Assembly (NCBI GenBank): GCA_039815185.1
Contig: JBCBZT010000005.1
Span: 1-64,000, forward strand
Length of the DNA stretch: 64,000 nt
Source: Cyanobacteria bacterium P01_A01_bin.123
GTDB taxonomy: Bacteria > Cyanobacteriota > Cyanobacteriia > Phormidesmidales > Phormidesmidaceae
Direction: 5' to 3'
In this document: positions 40,271-50,595 of the stretch, in pieces
How positions within the stretch are numbered: position 1 is the stretch's first letter
Layout of the letters: each line of letters starts with the position of its first letter
Position numbers and translations under genes: made by a program
Notes under the pieces: model-generated
What the model was told of the DNA's origin: nothing
Databases searched by the model: none
Seen by the model: only the letters and a program-made list of their open reading frames with translations

Positions 40271-41500
40271 TTAGGGAAGAAGCTGAACAGTTAGGCTAAC
40301 AGGCACAATCCCATGACGTAATCCTTTTTGATGTTTGAGCCAAGCTTTTTGCGTGAATCGGAATCGACCTAGCACCGTCACTAAGGTTTTGAATTGCATA
40401 TAAGTCAACGGGTTACTCCAGAAGTAGGCAATTCTTTGCCATTCTTCTAGCTGTAGCTGTTGTGCCCCTTCAATTTCCGGCATTCGCTCAGTTTGGGTGG
40501 CTTGTAATGCCGCATCGAGTTGAGCCGGAGACCATACCCCATGAAATAGGGGAACCAAGTGGTTGGCAACTGCGATCGCGTCCCGGAGCGCCATATTGAT
40601 TCCCTGGGCTCGATTCGGAGCCATCGGGTGGGCCGCATCACCCACTAGCAGCAATCCCGGAACAGACCACTGGGGACAACACCCGACAATCACATCTAGA
40701 AACATAGGGCCTTCTAGTTGATGGCGATGTTGACGAAAGTGCGCCGAGAGTGATTCAGGAACTGCCTGGGCAAATTCTTCAATCCAATCCCGATCTTTTA
40801 GGGTTTTAGCCTGCCCTTTTTCAACGATCCAGCCAATTTGTAGCCGTTCATCCCAAGAGGGGTAAAAGGCGAACTGCCGCTGCCACTGGAGACAGGCGGT
40901 AAAGGCAGTTTCTGTTAATAATTCAGGCGGGGCAGGTAGCTTGAACCAGAGCACATCAAACTGGGTTGGGGATTTATTTAGGGTCAAATCCGCCAGCTTT
41001 CGCAACCGTGAATAGCGACCGTCGGCAGCAATCACCAAATCGGCTTGAAAGTCACGGGTTTCTTGTTCACAGGTGGCTTTCACCCCACAAACTCTGGCAC
41101 CTCCCCAGCACAGCTCATTGACCTGCCACCCCGGCAAAAACTCAAAGGTTGGCTGTTGCTGGGCCCGTTCTACCATCAGCTGCAACAGGGCAGGTTGAGC
41201 AATAATTCGAGGCATCAGCGGCCCCAACTCAGCGTGGGGTTCATTCACCCGCATCCGCTGCTGCCGATCAACATAAAAGTCCCAGGCGTCTAGGGTTCTA
41301 GAGGGTATTTGGTCAAAGCAATCGGTTAGCCCCATTTGATACAGGGCATCAACCCCTGACGGCATCAACCCCTCACCCCGAAACACCCGATCAAAGGTGG
41401 GTTCTCGATCGAGGAGGGTAACTTGAATGCCCCGTTGAGATAGTAAGAGCGCGATCGCAGCCCCCGCTGGCCCTGCCCCCACAACAATCACATGGCTCAT
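40271..41500 (-). CDS. FAD-dependent monooxygenase/oxidoreductase
   Basis: VVGAGPAG, AADGRYS, GDAAHPM.P..AQGINMALRDA. Confidence 0.93.
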   Translation of the reverse strand: MSHVIVVGAGPAGAAIALLLSQRGIQVTLLDREPTFDRVFRGEGLMPSGVDALYQMGLTDCFDQIPSRTLDAWDFYVDRQQRMRVNEPHAELGPLMPRIIAQPALLQLMVERAQQQPTFEFLPGWQVNELCWGGARVCGVKATCEQETRDFQADLVIAADGRYSRLRKLADLTLNKSPTQFDVLWFKLPAPPELLTETAFTACLQWQRQFAFYPSWDERLQIGWIVEKGQAKTLKDRDWIEEFAQAVPESLSAHFRQHRHQLEGPMFLDVIVGCCPQWSVPGLLLVGDAAHPMAPNRAQGINMALRDAIAVANHLVPLFHGVWSPAQLDAALQATQTERMPEIEGAQQLQLEEWQRIAYFWSNPLTYMQFKTLVTVLGRFRFTQKAWLKHQKGLRHGIVPVSLTVQLLP

Positions 41501-41523
41501 AGTGCCGATTTTCTCAATCTCAT

Positions 41524-41704
41524 CTAAATCTCGTCTGGGTCAATGCCAAGTTCCCGGAGCTTGGCGGCTAAGCGACCTGCCCGCTGTTTTTCTTGCAAGG
41601 CTTTGGGAATGCTCCTGAAAATTTTTCACAAAGGTGCCATCAGACTCTGGCAGTTGCGTGTGGTCTGGTAAGGTTAGTGCTTCCTGGGATTTAGCAAGGG
41701 TCAT
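41524..41704 (-). pseudogene. Uma2-family endonuclease remnant (internal deletion)
   Basis: N-terminus MTLAKSQEALTLPDHTQLPESDGTFVKNFQEH is joined out of frame to the C-terminus LQEKQRAGRLAAKLRELGIDPDEI*; 181 nt in total. Confidence 0.8.
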
Positions 41705-41904
41705 GGGGCTTTACTGCTGTCCAGAATGGCCTTATTGTAACGCGCTGCTTTTTGTCGAGTCTTGACAATATCGGTTCGCGCCAGACGTAAGAGGTGAGCG
41801 ATCTATTAGCTGAGGATAGCCTGATCAATCAGCATTTGGGCAGCAAATTAGGAACGAACAGGTTAGGGTGTTAGTAGTAGTTGTCCCTGGGTATTTGAAT
41901 CCCT

Positions 41905-42318
41905 TTGACTGATTCTGTTTCTCCGACACATTCAACCCCTGCTAACCAACCTACGCCTGTTCCCCTCAAGCGGCGTTGCGTTATGGTCTGCCAAAACCGT
42001 TCTTGCGAACGCAGTCAATCGGCTGAGGTGTTGGCGGCGTTTCGGCAACATCAGTCGAAAAGTTTATTCATTAGTGCTAGTGAATGTTTAGGCCAGTGTG
42101 GGTCAGGGCCAACGGTGCGGGTCATGCCTGACGATACCTGGTATCGCCAAGTCCGCCCTGAAGATGTGGAAGAAATTTTTGAACAGCATTTGCAAGGTAA
42201 TCAGCCGGTAAAGCGATTATTGCATCCTCGGTTTCATCCGCAGTTTGATGCCCACAGTTTTAATCAGACTGATTTGCCCAATTCATCGCTTGATTCACCC
42301 TCATCTGAGTCATCGTGA
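41905..42318 (+). CDS. Thioredoxin-like [2Fe-2S] ferredoxin
   Basis: VCQNRSC...CLGQCGSGP.V.V.PD..WY. Confidence 0.88.
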   Translation: MTDSVSPTHSTPANQPTPVPLKRRCVMVCQNRSCERSQSAEVLAAFRQHQSKSLFISASECLGQCGSGPTVRVMPDDTWYRQVRPEDVEEIFEQHLQGNQPVKRLLHPRFHPQFDAHSFNQTDLPNSSLDSPSSESS

Positions 42319-42393
42319 ATCAGTCCAGCTTTGACTTAAAGCAATTGGGGGAAGCGTAAACAAAATCGAAAACTGCCCACCATCTACCCCGCA

Positions 42394-43946
42394 CTAAGCT
42401 AGCTGATCATTTCCTTCAACCAGTGCTCTGAATCGCTCATCTGCTCGAATGCTGACAAAGTCGGTGTCGTTTTTTGCCATATCGCGGTTTTCGGGATCTT
42501 TGGCAATTGCTTCTTGCAGGAATTTAAGGGAATTTTCAATATCGCACTTTAAGCCGTAAGCGCAAGCTTTGTTGTTGAGCGCTTCATGTTGATCCGGTTT
42601 GATTGCTAAGGCGATATCATAGGCGGCGATCGCCTCTTCATATCGCCCTAAGTTACTTAGCGCAATGCCTTTGTTGTTGAGCGCTTCATGTTTATCTGGT
42701 TTGATTGCTAAGGCGATATCATAGGCGGCGATCGCCTCTTCATATCGCCCTAAGTTACTTAGCGCAATGCCTTTGTTGTAGAGCGCTTCATGTTTGTCCG
42801 GTTTGATCGCTAAGGCGGCATCATAGGCGGCGATTTCAGCTTCAAAAAAGCCAGCGTCGTGAAAAGAATTGCCCAATTTATAGACCCATAGATCAGCCAT
42901 AAATTCAGGGGTTTCAAAGGCTGTCAATGGGTTAGCTTGGTTTTTCGCCTGTTGTAGCCACTGTGATTTTTCAACTTCTGCACACCGCCTAGACTTATAC
43001 AAAAGGGCAGCAAACTGAGCCAATCCTTGAAATTGCTTAGGATCCTTCAGGCAAGTTTCTACCGCCTGATCGGTAGCGATTTGGCTAAGACCCAGATTGT
43101 TTTCGTTGTAGGCATAGTCGATGGAATCTGCTTCTAAAACAGCCCAGCTATACTCGATCGCGGGATGAATGCGCTGCAAGAACTGACGCGTACGGTGCCT
43201 GATCAAGGGATGTTCGGACAATTCAAATTCAGCGGCGATCGCCCGAAAGGGAATTCTTATCAGATCATCTTTGCGAAAATATCGGGCTTCTAGCAGACGG
43301 GTAATGAACTCAGTTTGCAGATTGTCTTGGCGAGTGAACAGCAGGTGATAAAGATAGTCTGCCCGTAAACTCAGCCAATCGGGGGTTTCATACGTTTGAG
43401 AGGGTGGGCTTTGGGGCTCAACTTCTCGAGCTGACTGCGCCTGAAAATACTGAGCTAGAGAAGCGTGAATGCGCTCCAGGCTGTCTCGTTCCAGCGATTG
43501 ACGAAAAATGTCTCGGGCGACATCATCTAGCCGCCAGTGCCGACCCACAGGTTCGACAAACGAAAGCTGAGTGAGCCAACCAAAACAATTTTGCCGATCA
43601 TCGGCAGCCGCTGCAAAGTCGAGGTCATGCTGTTCTACCAGGTGGCGGATCAGCTTTGAATCAAACCAGCGACAACACGCAGCCAACTGCACAATGAATC
43701 AACCCTGGGTTCATCAATGCCCTCTGTGAGGCCAAAGGAAACCTCTGCAATCTTGGCAGTGTCTTGATGGGCTGCTTTAACCTTGCGAGTGAGGGTCGAT
43801 TTCCCTACCTCACCAATGCCCCAAACATGAAACACCACAGGATTGTCAGCAGGTGATTTTAGGGCTATGTCAAGGGCGGCGAGAAACTCTTCAGCTTCTG
43901 GACGAGAAACGTAGGGCTGCTGGGGCATGAAATCGTAGGCAAGCAT
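42394..43946 (-). pseudogene. P-loop NTPase-TPR protein remnant (internal deletion/frameshift)
   Basis: 43650-43946 carries YVSRP..GIGEVGKST (degenerate Walker A) and ends early; an overlapping frame at 42394-43692 encodes ACCRWFD... and C-terminal TPRs. Confidence 0.72.
42567..42834. repeat. 102-bp near-identical tandem repeats encoding TPR units
   Basis: CTTTGTTGT..AGCGCTTCATGTT recurs at 42567, 42669 and 42771. Confidence 0.9.
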
Positions 43947-43979
43947 GTCCCCACAATTCTAGCCCCAGTATCAAAAGTT

Positions 43980-44279
43980 TTATATCGCCTTGGCTACGTC
44001 AGCATTCTCCAATAATGATCCAATTACATCCCCTTCCCAAAGCGCTTCGAGTCTCCGAATATAAAACGACGCCAGGGTATGATTTTTGCCAAAGCTAGAG
44101 GTAAAAATGTGGAGCCTGAGCATTGCGGTATGCTCCATCAAATCTTCCCCCTTGAGGCCCATCTTTCGCCAGTAGTCTAAAACAGATCTAGTCGCTATAG
44201 CTTTGACTTTTACACTTGTATTTGACTCAGCTAAATCTCTTTTAACAATTCTCAAATATTGGGCTTGTTTGTGTGTCAT
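43980..44279 (-). CDS. Hypothetical protein
   Basis: 99-aa ORF with an AGGGA RBS-like sequence. Confidence 0.55.
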   Translation of the reverse strand: MTHKQAQYLRIVKRDLAESNTSVKVKAIATRSVLDYWRKMGLKGEDLMEHTAMLRLHIFTSSFGKNHTLASFYIRRLEALWEGDVIGSLLENADVAKAI

Positions 44280-44804
44280 TTCCCTAACCTAAAGTTTTCC
44301 AACCTGGAGTTTTAGTCGCAACGCAATAGGAATGACTATGCCTGATCAGGTCAATAGAGAGACCGTTAAAACTCTTGTCTGACAAAGATTTGAGTTTAGG
44401 ACACGCTTCACTGCAATATAGCCGTTGCCACTTCAGTCAAGATAAGGGGCTTAACCCCTAGTTGATTCCACCCTTTGAAAGCTCTAAACAATCTGGCGGC
44501 TTTTATACTACTTAAAGGCTGTTGGTTAGGATGCACGTCCCCTTAATTATAGATATTGCTAATAGATCTTTGTGGGGACAAAAAGTAGCCTTTTAAGTCA
44601 TCTGCAACCACCACTTAATCACACAAGAAGTATTCGTTTAGAGTCGGGTAGCGATCTATATCAGCCTTATTGGACGCTTCAATCGCTTTCAAGGGGCATA
44701 TATATCACGCTTCTGCAAGACCTCAATCACTCAGTGAAGGCCAGATTCACTGGACTATTAATCGTGTTCACACAAACACCCCACCCTATTCAGGAGCCCC
44801 TACC

Positions 44805-44981
44805 ATGGATTTCATTTATCGTGGCGTTGCTTTTAACGCTGATGTCTCTGGTTCTGCCGCTGAAGAAACTGAGCAAACCGGAACCTTCCTCAGCAAGCGC
44901 TACCAGATGAAGCAAGCTCAAGTTGCTCATCGTCAATCTGTCACTAACCTGACCTATCGCGGCGTGAGTTACACCCGCTAA
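44805..44981 (+). CDS. DUF4278 family small protein, 58 aa
   Basis: AGGAG RBS; MDFIYRGVAF...LTYRGVSYTR. Confidence 0.88.
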   Translation: MDFIYRGVAFNADVSGSAAEETEQTGTFLSKRYQMKQAQVAHRQSVTNLTYRGVSYTR

Positions 44982-45347
44982 GCCTCAAACATGACAGTAG
45001 AGACTCCCCCAACGCCTTACAAAACAATTGCCCAGACCGATTAAGACCTGGGCAAAAGCGTTATGGAGTTTCTTGGGATAGATAGAAAACTGGACTCAAG
45101 CTGCAGGGCTAGGGAGCCCCAGTTGGAGGCTTTTGCTAAAAGCCTTAATTTGTACGTAGATTAGCAAAACGCCAGTTAACCCTGTAGACAACTTCGATAC
45201 AGTTTGGGGATTTAATGACTAGGAATAACCGCGTCCTTTCTGCTAACGCCTCCCCCCTCACCTTAAAAATTGTCCTAGAACGTTTCAATACCCGTAACCA
45301 CCTGTGTCAAAATTTGGCATATCTCCTAGCGTAGAGTTGTAGTTGCC

Positions 45348-45926
45348 GTGGTGGAGCCTTCGACCGCCTCCCAAAACTTACCGTTGGCGAATCTGCCCAC
45401 CCCAAGCCAGTTGGACGATATCAAAGCCCAGCTTGATTTGGTATTGCTAGCGTTAGAAGCGCTAGTGGGGATTGGTTCGGAGGCGATTTTAGGTACAGCT
45501 CAGCGCCTCCAGCTAGAGGCGTTGATGGGCGATCGCGTTGGGCTATGGCGGTTGCGGCAGGCTAGCCCTTTGCGTAAGGGGCAAGGCCGCAAAAAGCTAG
45601 ATGTGGATGAAGCCAGGGCGTTAGTGCTGGTAAGTTGTGATTTGGCACAGCAGCATCAGGTTGCAATTCGCAATGCCGTTGCCAAATTAGAAGAACTCAC
45701 AGCCAATGACCAACCGCCCCATCGGGCAGCTGTTTTAGGCGACTACCTGGATAGTTTTAGTAACACCTATCAAGAACGTATGGAAGCTGGGGAAACCGTG
45801 TCGACGGATCAACTGAGTCAACTGGCCATTAGGCTGTTAATCGATTTATTGTTTTACGGGTCGCCTGGCGGTACCCGACGGCTTTGGATCGCGCTGATGG
45901 ATCGCACTCGTCCCCAAGCAACTTGA
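45348..45926 (+). CDS. DUF3038 family protein
   Basis: LDLVLLALEAL, WRLRQASPLR, LLFYG.PGG..RLW.AL. Confidence 0.85.
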   Translation: MVEPSTASQNLPLANLPTPSQLDDIKAQLDLVLLALEALVGIGSEAILGTAQRLQLEALMGDRVGLWRLRQASPLRKGQGRKKLDVDEARALVLVSCDLAQQHQVAIRNAVAKLEELTANDQPPHRAAVLGDYLDSFSNTYQERMEAGETVSTDQLSQLAIRLLIDLLFYGSPGGTRRLWIALMDRTRPQAT

Positions 45927-45938
45927 GGTTGCCATCTG

Positions 45939-47402
45939 ATGCCTGAGTCCTCTGACCTGTTGCAACGCTACAGCGCGCCCACTTGCACCTTAGAAGTGGT
46001 AGGAGAACCTTCTGCCTTATCTCGATGGACAGCAGAACCTGTGCTGAAGGGGGTACGATTTCGGCTGTCGATTCAGTCTCTAGCGGCAGAGCCAGATGCT
46101 GACGATCAAGACGCTGAGTCACAGGACACGATTCTGCTGCGGGGCGATCGCCGCCAGTTAGAGTCGCTGATCGCTGCGGTACAGACTTACGTGCAAGGGC
46201 AGTTAGTGGCATCGGGTGGGCCATCTAGCCAGACTGAGGCTACCCGTGGCCCTGAATCAGGGGCATCTCGACAACGTCTTTCTTTGCAACCCCAGGGGCT
46301 AACCCGCCATCGATTGCAGGCAGAGGGGCTGATGGGCGATCGCATTGAACAGACGATTGTACTCACCAGTCTACAACTGGCTGACTTAGCCACAGTGGTA
46401 GATAGTTTTGACACCAACGCGATCGCCCTGCCTGTCTTTGCCTCCCCCCAGCAACGGCGACAGCGCTGGTGGACTGGGCGCATCTCGGTCGGCAGTGCCG
46501 CCGCTGTCGTCATTATGGCTGTGGGGGTGGCCACAGTGTTGCCTCGAGTGCTCAACGACTCCAGCCCCACCTCAGTGAGTAATATCCCCGCACCGATCAG
46601 TGATGGTGACCAGAGTCGTCAAGCTACGCCACTAGCCACCGCCGATAGCCCAGAATCCGATTCGCCAACGAATGGAGAGGAGTCGGCAGCAGACCAGTCC
46701 GAAACAGGCGCGCTCCCCGAATCAGATGGATTGAGTGCCAACAATACCCTGCCTGGCGACATCACGACTCAGGGGACGACGGCCACCCCTGCCACCCCCA
46801 AAGAATCAACGAGCAATACCCAGCGTTCCAGTTCTGCGACTCATGGGCAAAGGGACAATCCATCTCCTCGTCAACCTACCAATCCATCTACCCCCACCCC
46901 ATCAAGCCGCAGTCCCTATCCAGAGAGCGCTACGGCAGCCCAATCAAGACCTCCTCTACCAGATAACAGCTCCCCCGGCGTGGCCTCAACTCCAGCGCCT
47001 AGCAATGCGCCCCCTCCAGTCAACCCTGCTGCCGCTGAATTGTCTGATTCAGTCCTTGGCACAGCCAGCGGGAGTGCCGATGATGCTGGGGCATCCACTG
47101 CTTTAGAAGCTGCTCCTATGGCCCGGTTGCCTCAATCTCCAATTGACGAAGTGCAGCAATTCTTCGCTGACCGCTGGCGACCCCAACCCGATCTGTCAGA
47201 CAGTTTGGTCTACGAGGTCCAGCTCAACCCCGATGGCACCTTGGCCCGCATCACGCCCATGAGCCGCACCGCGATTTTAGAAGGCGACCGGATTGCGCTG
47301 CCAGAACCCGGTCGCGCGATCGCGTCTGCTTCTGCCGCCAATGCCGAGATTTTACTCAGGCTTGAACTCAAACCCAACGGTCAAGTCGTGGTCGAGAACT
47401 AG
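45939..47402 (+). CDS. DUF4335 family protein
   Basis: RYSAPTCTLEV....SALSRW, QLADL; the usual partner of DUF3038. Confidence 0.82.
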   Translation: MPESSDLLQRYSAPTCTLEVVGEPSALSRWTAEPVLKGVRFRLSIQSLAAEPDADDQDAESQDTILLRGDRRQLESLIAAVQTYVQGQLVASGGPSSQTEATRGPESGASRQRLSLQPQGLTRHRLQAEGLMGDRIEQTIVLTSLQLADLATVVDSFDTNAIALPVFASPQQRRQRWWTGRISVGSAAAVVIMAVGVATVLPRVLNDSSPTSVSNIPAPISDGDQSRQATPLATADSPESDSPTNGEESAADQSETGALPESDGLSANNTLPGDITTQGTTATPATPKESTSNTQRSSSATHGQRDNPSPRQPTNPSTPTPSSRSPYPESATAAQSRPPLPDNSSPGVASTPAPSNAPPPVNPAAAELSDSVLGTASGSADDAGASTALEAAPMARLPQSPIDEVQQFFADRWRPQPDLSDSLVYEVQLNPDGTLARITPMSRTAILEGDRIALPEPGRAIASASAANAEILLRLELKPNGQVVVEN

Positions 47403-47429
47403 GCGAACCAGGGAGATTGGCACGACTCA

Positions 47430-48662
47430 GTGATGACTGTTCAACTTAAACACAAATGGAAAAACCTGTGGCTGCTGTCTTTGGCTGAATTGCTGGCCAT
47501 GGCACTGTGGTTTTCGGCCTCGGCGGTGATTCCTCAGCTGACTCAGGAATGGGATCTATCTGGCGGTCAACAATCTTGGTTGACCATGAGCGTCCAGATT
47601 GGGTTTGTGGTGGGCGCTTTGATCAGCGCTGCTTTGAACCTTGCCGATCGGGTCGCGATTCAAAAGCTAATTGCACTGAGCGCGATCGCGGGTGGGCTCT
47701 TCAACGCCAGCATTGCCTTATTTGTTCATCACCCCAGCCCGGCCATGGTGCTACGGTTCCTTACCGGGGTGACCCTGGCGGGTGTTTATCCCACGGGCAT
47801 GAAGTTGATGGCGACTTGGTGTAAGCGCGATCGCGGTTTGGGGATTGGTTTACTGGTGGGTGCCTTGACCGTGGGCTCAGCCTTGCCTCACCTGATCAAT
47901 ATTCTGCCGTTTTTTGAGACATCTGGGGGACGTCCCCCGTGGCGGCCTGTGTTGCTGATCGCCACGGTCGCGGCGCTCCTGTCGGCAATCATTATGGCTT
48001 GGTTTGTCCAAGTTGGGCCCTTCCTCACAAAAGCCCCGAAGGTAGACTGGCGCTATGCTGGTGCTGTGTTTACCAATCGCGGCGTGCGGTTGGCAAATTT
48101 TGGCTATCTGGGCCACATGTGGGAGCTGTATGCCATGTGGGCTTGGGTGCCGCTGTTTCTCCTGGAGAGCTATCAGCGAGCTGGCTGGAGCGAAACCACA
48201 GCAAGATTTATGGGGTTTATGGTTGTGGCCATTGGTGGGTTGGGTAGCCTGCTGGCGGGTGTGCTTGCCGATCGCTGGGGACGGACAACCATCACGCTGG
48301 TCAGTCTGATGGTTTCAGGTAGCTGTGCGTTGCTCGTTGGGTTCTTCATGTCATCGCCCGTTGCATTGACGATCTTGTGTCTTGTGTGGGGGTTTGCTGT
48401 TGTGGCAGATAGTGCCCAGTTCAGCACTGCGGTTAGCGAACTCGGCGATCCTCGTTTTGTGGGCACTGCACTGACGATGCAAACGAGTTTGGGCTTTTTG
48501 CTAACGCTGTTCACGATCCGCATGATTCCGCCCTTGGTCGCCAGAGTCGGTTGGGAGTGGGCCTTTTGTGTGCTAGCCCTCGGGCCAGCGTTTGGCATTT
48601 GGAGTATGGTGCGTTTGCGCCAGTTGCCAGAGGCTATGAAAATGGCCTCTGGGAATCGATAG
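47430..48662 (+). CDS. MFS transporter
   Basis: About 12 TM segments; LADRWGR, GYLGHMWELYAMW, ADSAQFS. Confidence 0.92.
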   Translation: MMTVQLKHKWKNLWLLSLAELLAMALWFSASAVIPQLTQEWDLSGGQQSWLTMSVQIGFVVGALISAALNLADRVAIQKLIALSAIAGGLFNASIALFVHHPSPAMVLRFLTGVTLAGVYPTGMKLMATWCKRDRGLGIGLLVGALTVGSALPHLINILPFFETSGGRPPWRPVLLIATVAALLSAIIMAWFVQVGPFLTKAPKVDWRYAGAVFTNRGVRLANFGYLGHMWELYAMWAWVPLFLLESYQRAGWSETTARFMGFMVVAIGGLGSLLAGVLADRWGRTTITLVSLMVSGSCALLVGFFMSSPVALTILCLVWGFAVVADSAQFSTAVSELGDPRFVGTALTMQTSLGFLLTLFTIRMIPPLVARVGWEWAFCVLALGPAFGIWSMVRLRQLPEAMKMASGNR

Positions 48663-48689
48663 TCGAATTGTTTTCAGATCTTGTCAGCC

Positions 48690-49436
48690 ATGGAAAAAGT
48701 CATCGTTGTGACAGGTGGGAGTCGGGGTATTGGTGCTGCGACCGCACTGCTTGCGGCTAAGAAGGGGTATGCGGTTTGTGTCAACTATCGTCACAATCAA
48801 GAGGCCGCAGCGGGTGTGGTGGATGAGATTAAACAGATGGGTGGCAAGGCGATCGCGATCGCGGCTGATATTGCCTCTGAAACGGAGGTCGTCCATCTCT
48901 TTAAGGCAGTGGATGAGCAGCTCGGGAAAGTCACGGCATTGGTTAACAATGCTGGAACACTGGAACCGCAAATGCGAGTTGAGCAGATGGATGCAGCTCG
49001 CCTGAATCGCACTTTTGCAACCAATATTACCGGGTCATTTTTGTGTGCCCGAGAAGCGATTAAACGGATGTCAACCCAACAAGGGGGCGCAGGTGGGGCG
49101 ATTGTGAATGTCTCATCAGCCGCTGCCCGATTGGGGTCTCCAGGTGAATATGTTGACTATGCGGCATCCAAAGGCGCGATCGATGCGATGACCATCGGGT
49201 TATCTAAAGAAATCGCTAATCAGGGCATTCGCGTGAATGCTGTGCGTCCAGGGTTTATTTACACCGATATTCACGCCAGCGGGGGCGAACCCAATCGAGT
49301 TGATCGGGTCAAAGCATTTGTGCCGATGCAGCGGGGGGGACAGGCGATTGAAGTGGCCCAAGCGATTTTGTGGCTGCTGTCCGATGAGGCTTCTTACACC
49401 ACAGGGTCATTTATCGAGATTGCGGGAGGCAGGTAA
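48690..49436 (+). CDS. SDR family oxidoreductase
   Basis: TGGSRGIG, NNAG, YAASK. Confidence 0.94.
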   Translation: MEKVIVVTGGSRGIGAATALLAAKKGYAVCVNYRHNQEAAAGVVDEIKQMGGKAIAIAADIASETEVVHLFKAVDEQLGKVTALVNNAGTLEPQMRVEQMDAARLNRTFATNITGSFLCAREAIKRMSTQQGGAGGAIVNVSSAAARLGSPGEYVDYAASKGAIDAMTIGLSKEIANQGIRVNAVRPGFIYTDIHASGGEPNRVDRVKAFVPMQRGGQAIEVAQAILWLLSDEASYTTGSFIEIAGGR

Positions 49437-49465
49437 CCCAAGCGACACAGCTATGCAGTGGCCCA

Positions 49466-50332
49466 TCACTCAAGTGGGTTACCCCGTCTCTGGATGCCCC
49501 CAAAGAAAATGCAATAGAAAATGGTCGCCTCTATGATCAATCCAACAAATCCTGCTCTGCTATCAATCGCCTCTAGATAGGTCCATAATGCTGTGGTGGG
49601 AATGACCGAGTCAGGCGTGTTAACCACTAGGGTTGCAAAAAGATTGTTGGCAGCATGACAACCCAATGCCAGTTCGAGACCGTTGTCTTTGAGGGTAATT
49701 GTCGCAAAGAAAACACCCCAGACAAAATAGGTGAGTGCGCCCCAAACAACCCCCCGCTGCATTTCTGGGTTGCCAAAGTGGGGCACGGCAAAAGCAATGC
49801 TAGTCAATAAGGTCAGCACTAGCCGATGCTTGGTCAGCATCGCCAGTCCTTGCATCAAATAGCCTCGAAAGAAAAATTCTTCTGCAGAGGTTTGAATGGG
49901 AATCAAAATGACAGCCAATGGTCCGAGTAGGAACCAGTGCACTAGGTTGAAGCTGAATGAATAATTCTGTGGGTTTAACCAGATATCTGAACCCGAAAAA
50001 ATGACGAGTTGGATGAACCAAACCATAAATCCTAAAAGCACACGCGGTACGTTTACAGCTGCATCAGCATTGATTAGCGTCTGAAACGATCGATGTTGGA
50101 GTTTGGTCACGACCCCAAAAAGAATGGCAATCACGGGTAGAAACGTCGCTGAGGATGCGATGAAATTACCTATTTCAGTCGGACCAAATATCTGAGCGAA
50201 GATGGCCTCAAGACCTAAGAAAATTAGCCCAGCAAATCCCAGCCAATATACTAAGACTGCCAAAATGCCGAGTAAATAATGCCATCCCTGATCATCACCC
50301 TCATCGGCAACCCCTAAGAAATGCTTTGTCAT
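49466..50332 (-). CDS. CPBP/Abi (CAAX) family intramembrane metalloprotease
   Basis: EEFFFRGY, FAVPH, HAANN. Confidence 0.9.
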   Translation of the reverse strand: MTKHFLGVADEGDDQGWHYLLGILAVLVYWLGFAGLIFLGLEAIFAQIFGPTEIGNFIASSATFLPVIAILFGVVTKLQHRSFQTLINADAAVNVPRVLLGFMVWFIQLVIFSGSDIWLNPQNYSFSFNLVHWFLLGPLAVILIPIQTSAEEFFFRGYLMQGLAMLTKHRLVLTLLTSIAFAVPHFGNPEMQRGVVWGALTYFVWGVFFATITLKDNGLELALGCHAANNLFATLVVNTPDSVIPTTALWTYLEAIDSRAGFVGLIIEATIFYCIFFGGIQRRGNPLE

Positions 50333-50450
50333 ATTGACCCATTCTCAACAGCTCTGTTAGCAGTGTCATCAGAAAAATATGGGGTTTTGCCAAAGGAAAG
50401 ATTCATTTCCTTTGGTCGTAACCAATGATCTCATTGTTTGATGGCGTATT

Positions 50451-50555
50451 TATAGCGCTGGCCAGATTGCTCAATGCACCTAGTATCGCTGGGATGTCCA
50501 ATACACAAGCAATCTGGCTCGCCGTAGCGCACAAAGCTTTGTGGCTACGGCTATA
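50451..50555 (-). repeat. ~105-bp dispersed element, copy 4
   Basis: TATAGCGCTGGCCAGATTGC...GTGGCTACGGCTATA. Confidence 0.92.
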
Positions 50556-50595
50556 TTCCCCCAGGCAGTTCACCCGTCATGGTTACACCCATTCA

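Noticed and set aside
40271..41500. FAD monooxygenase as the epoxidase partner of the PaxB-like protein
   Set aside because: It lies about 30 kb away with no linking evidence
44572..44981. Longer ORFs 44572-44910 and 44670-44981
   Set aside because: The RBS and DUF4278 motif point to ATG 44805; the other frame looks spurious
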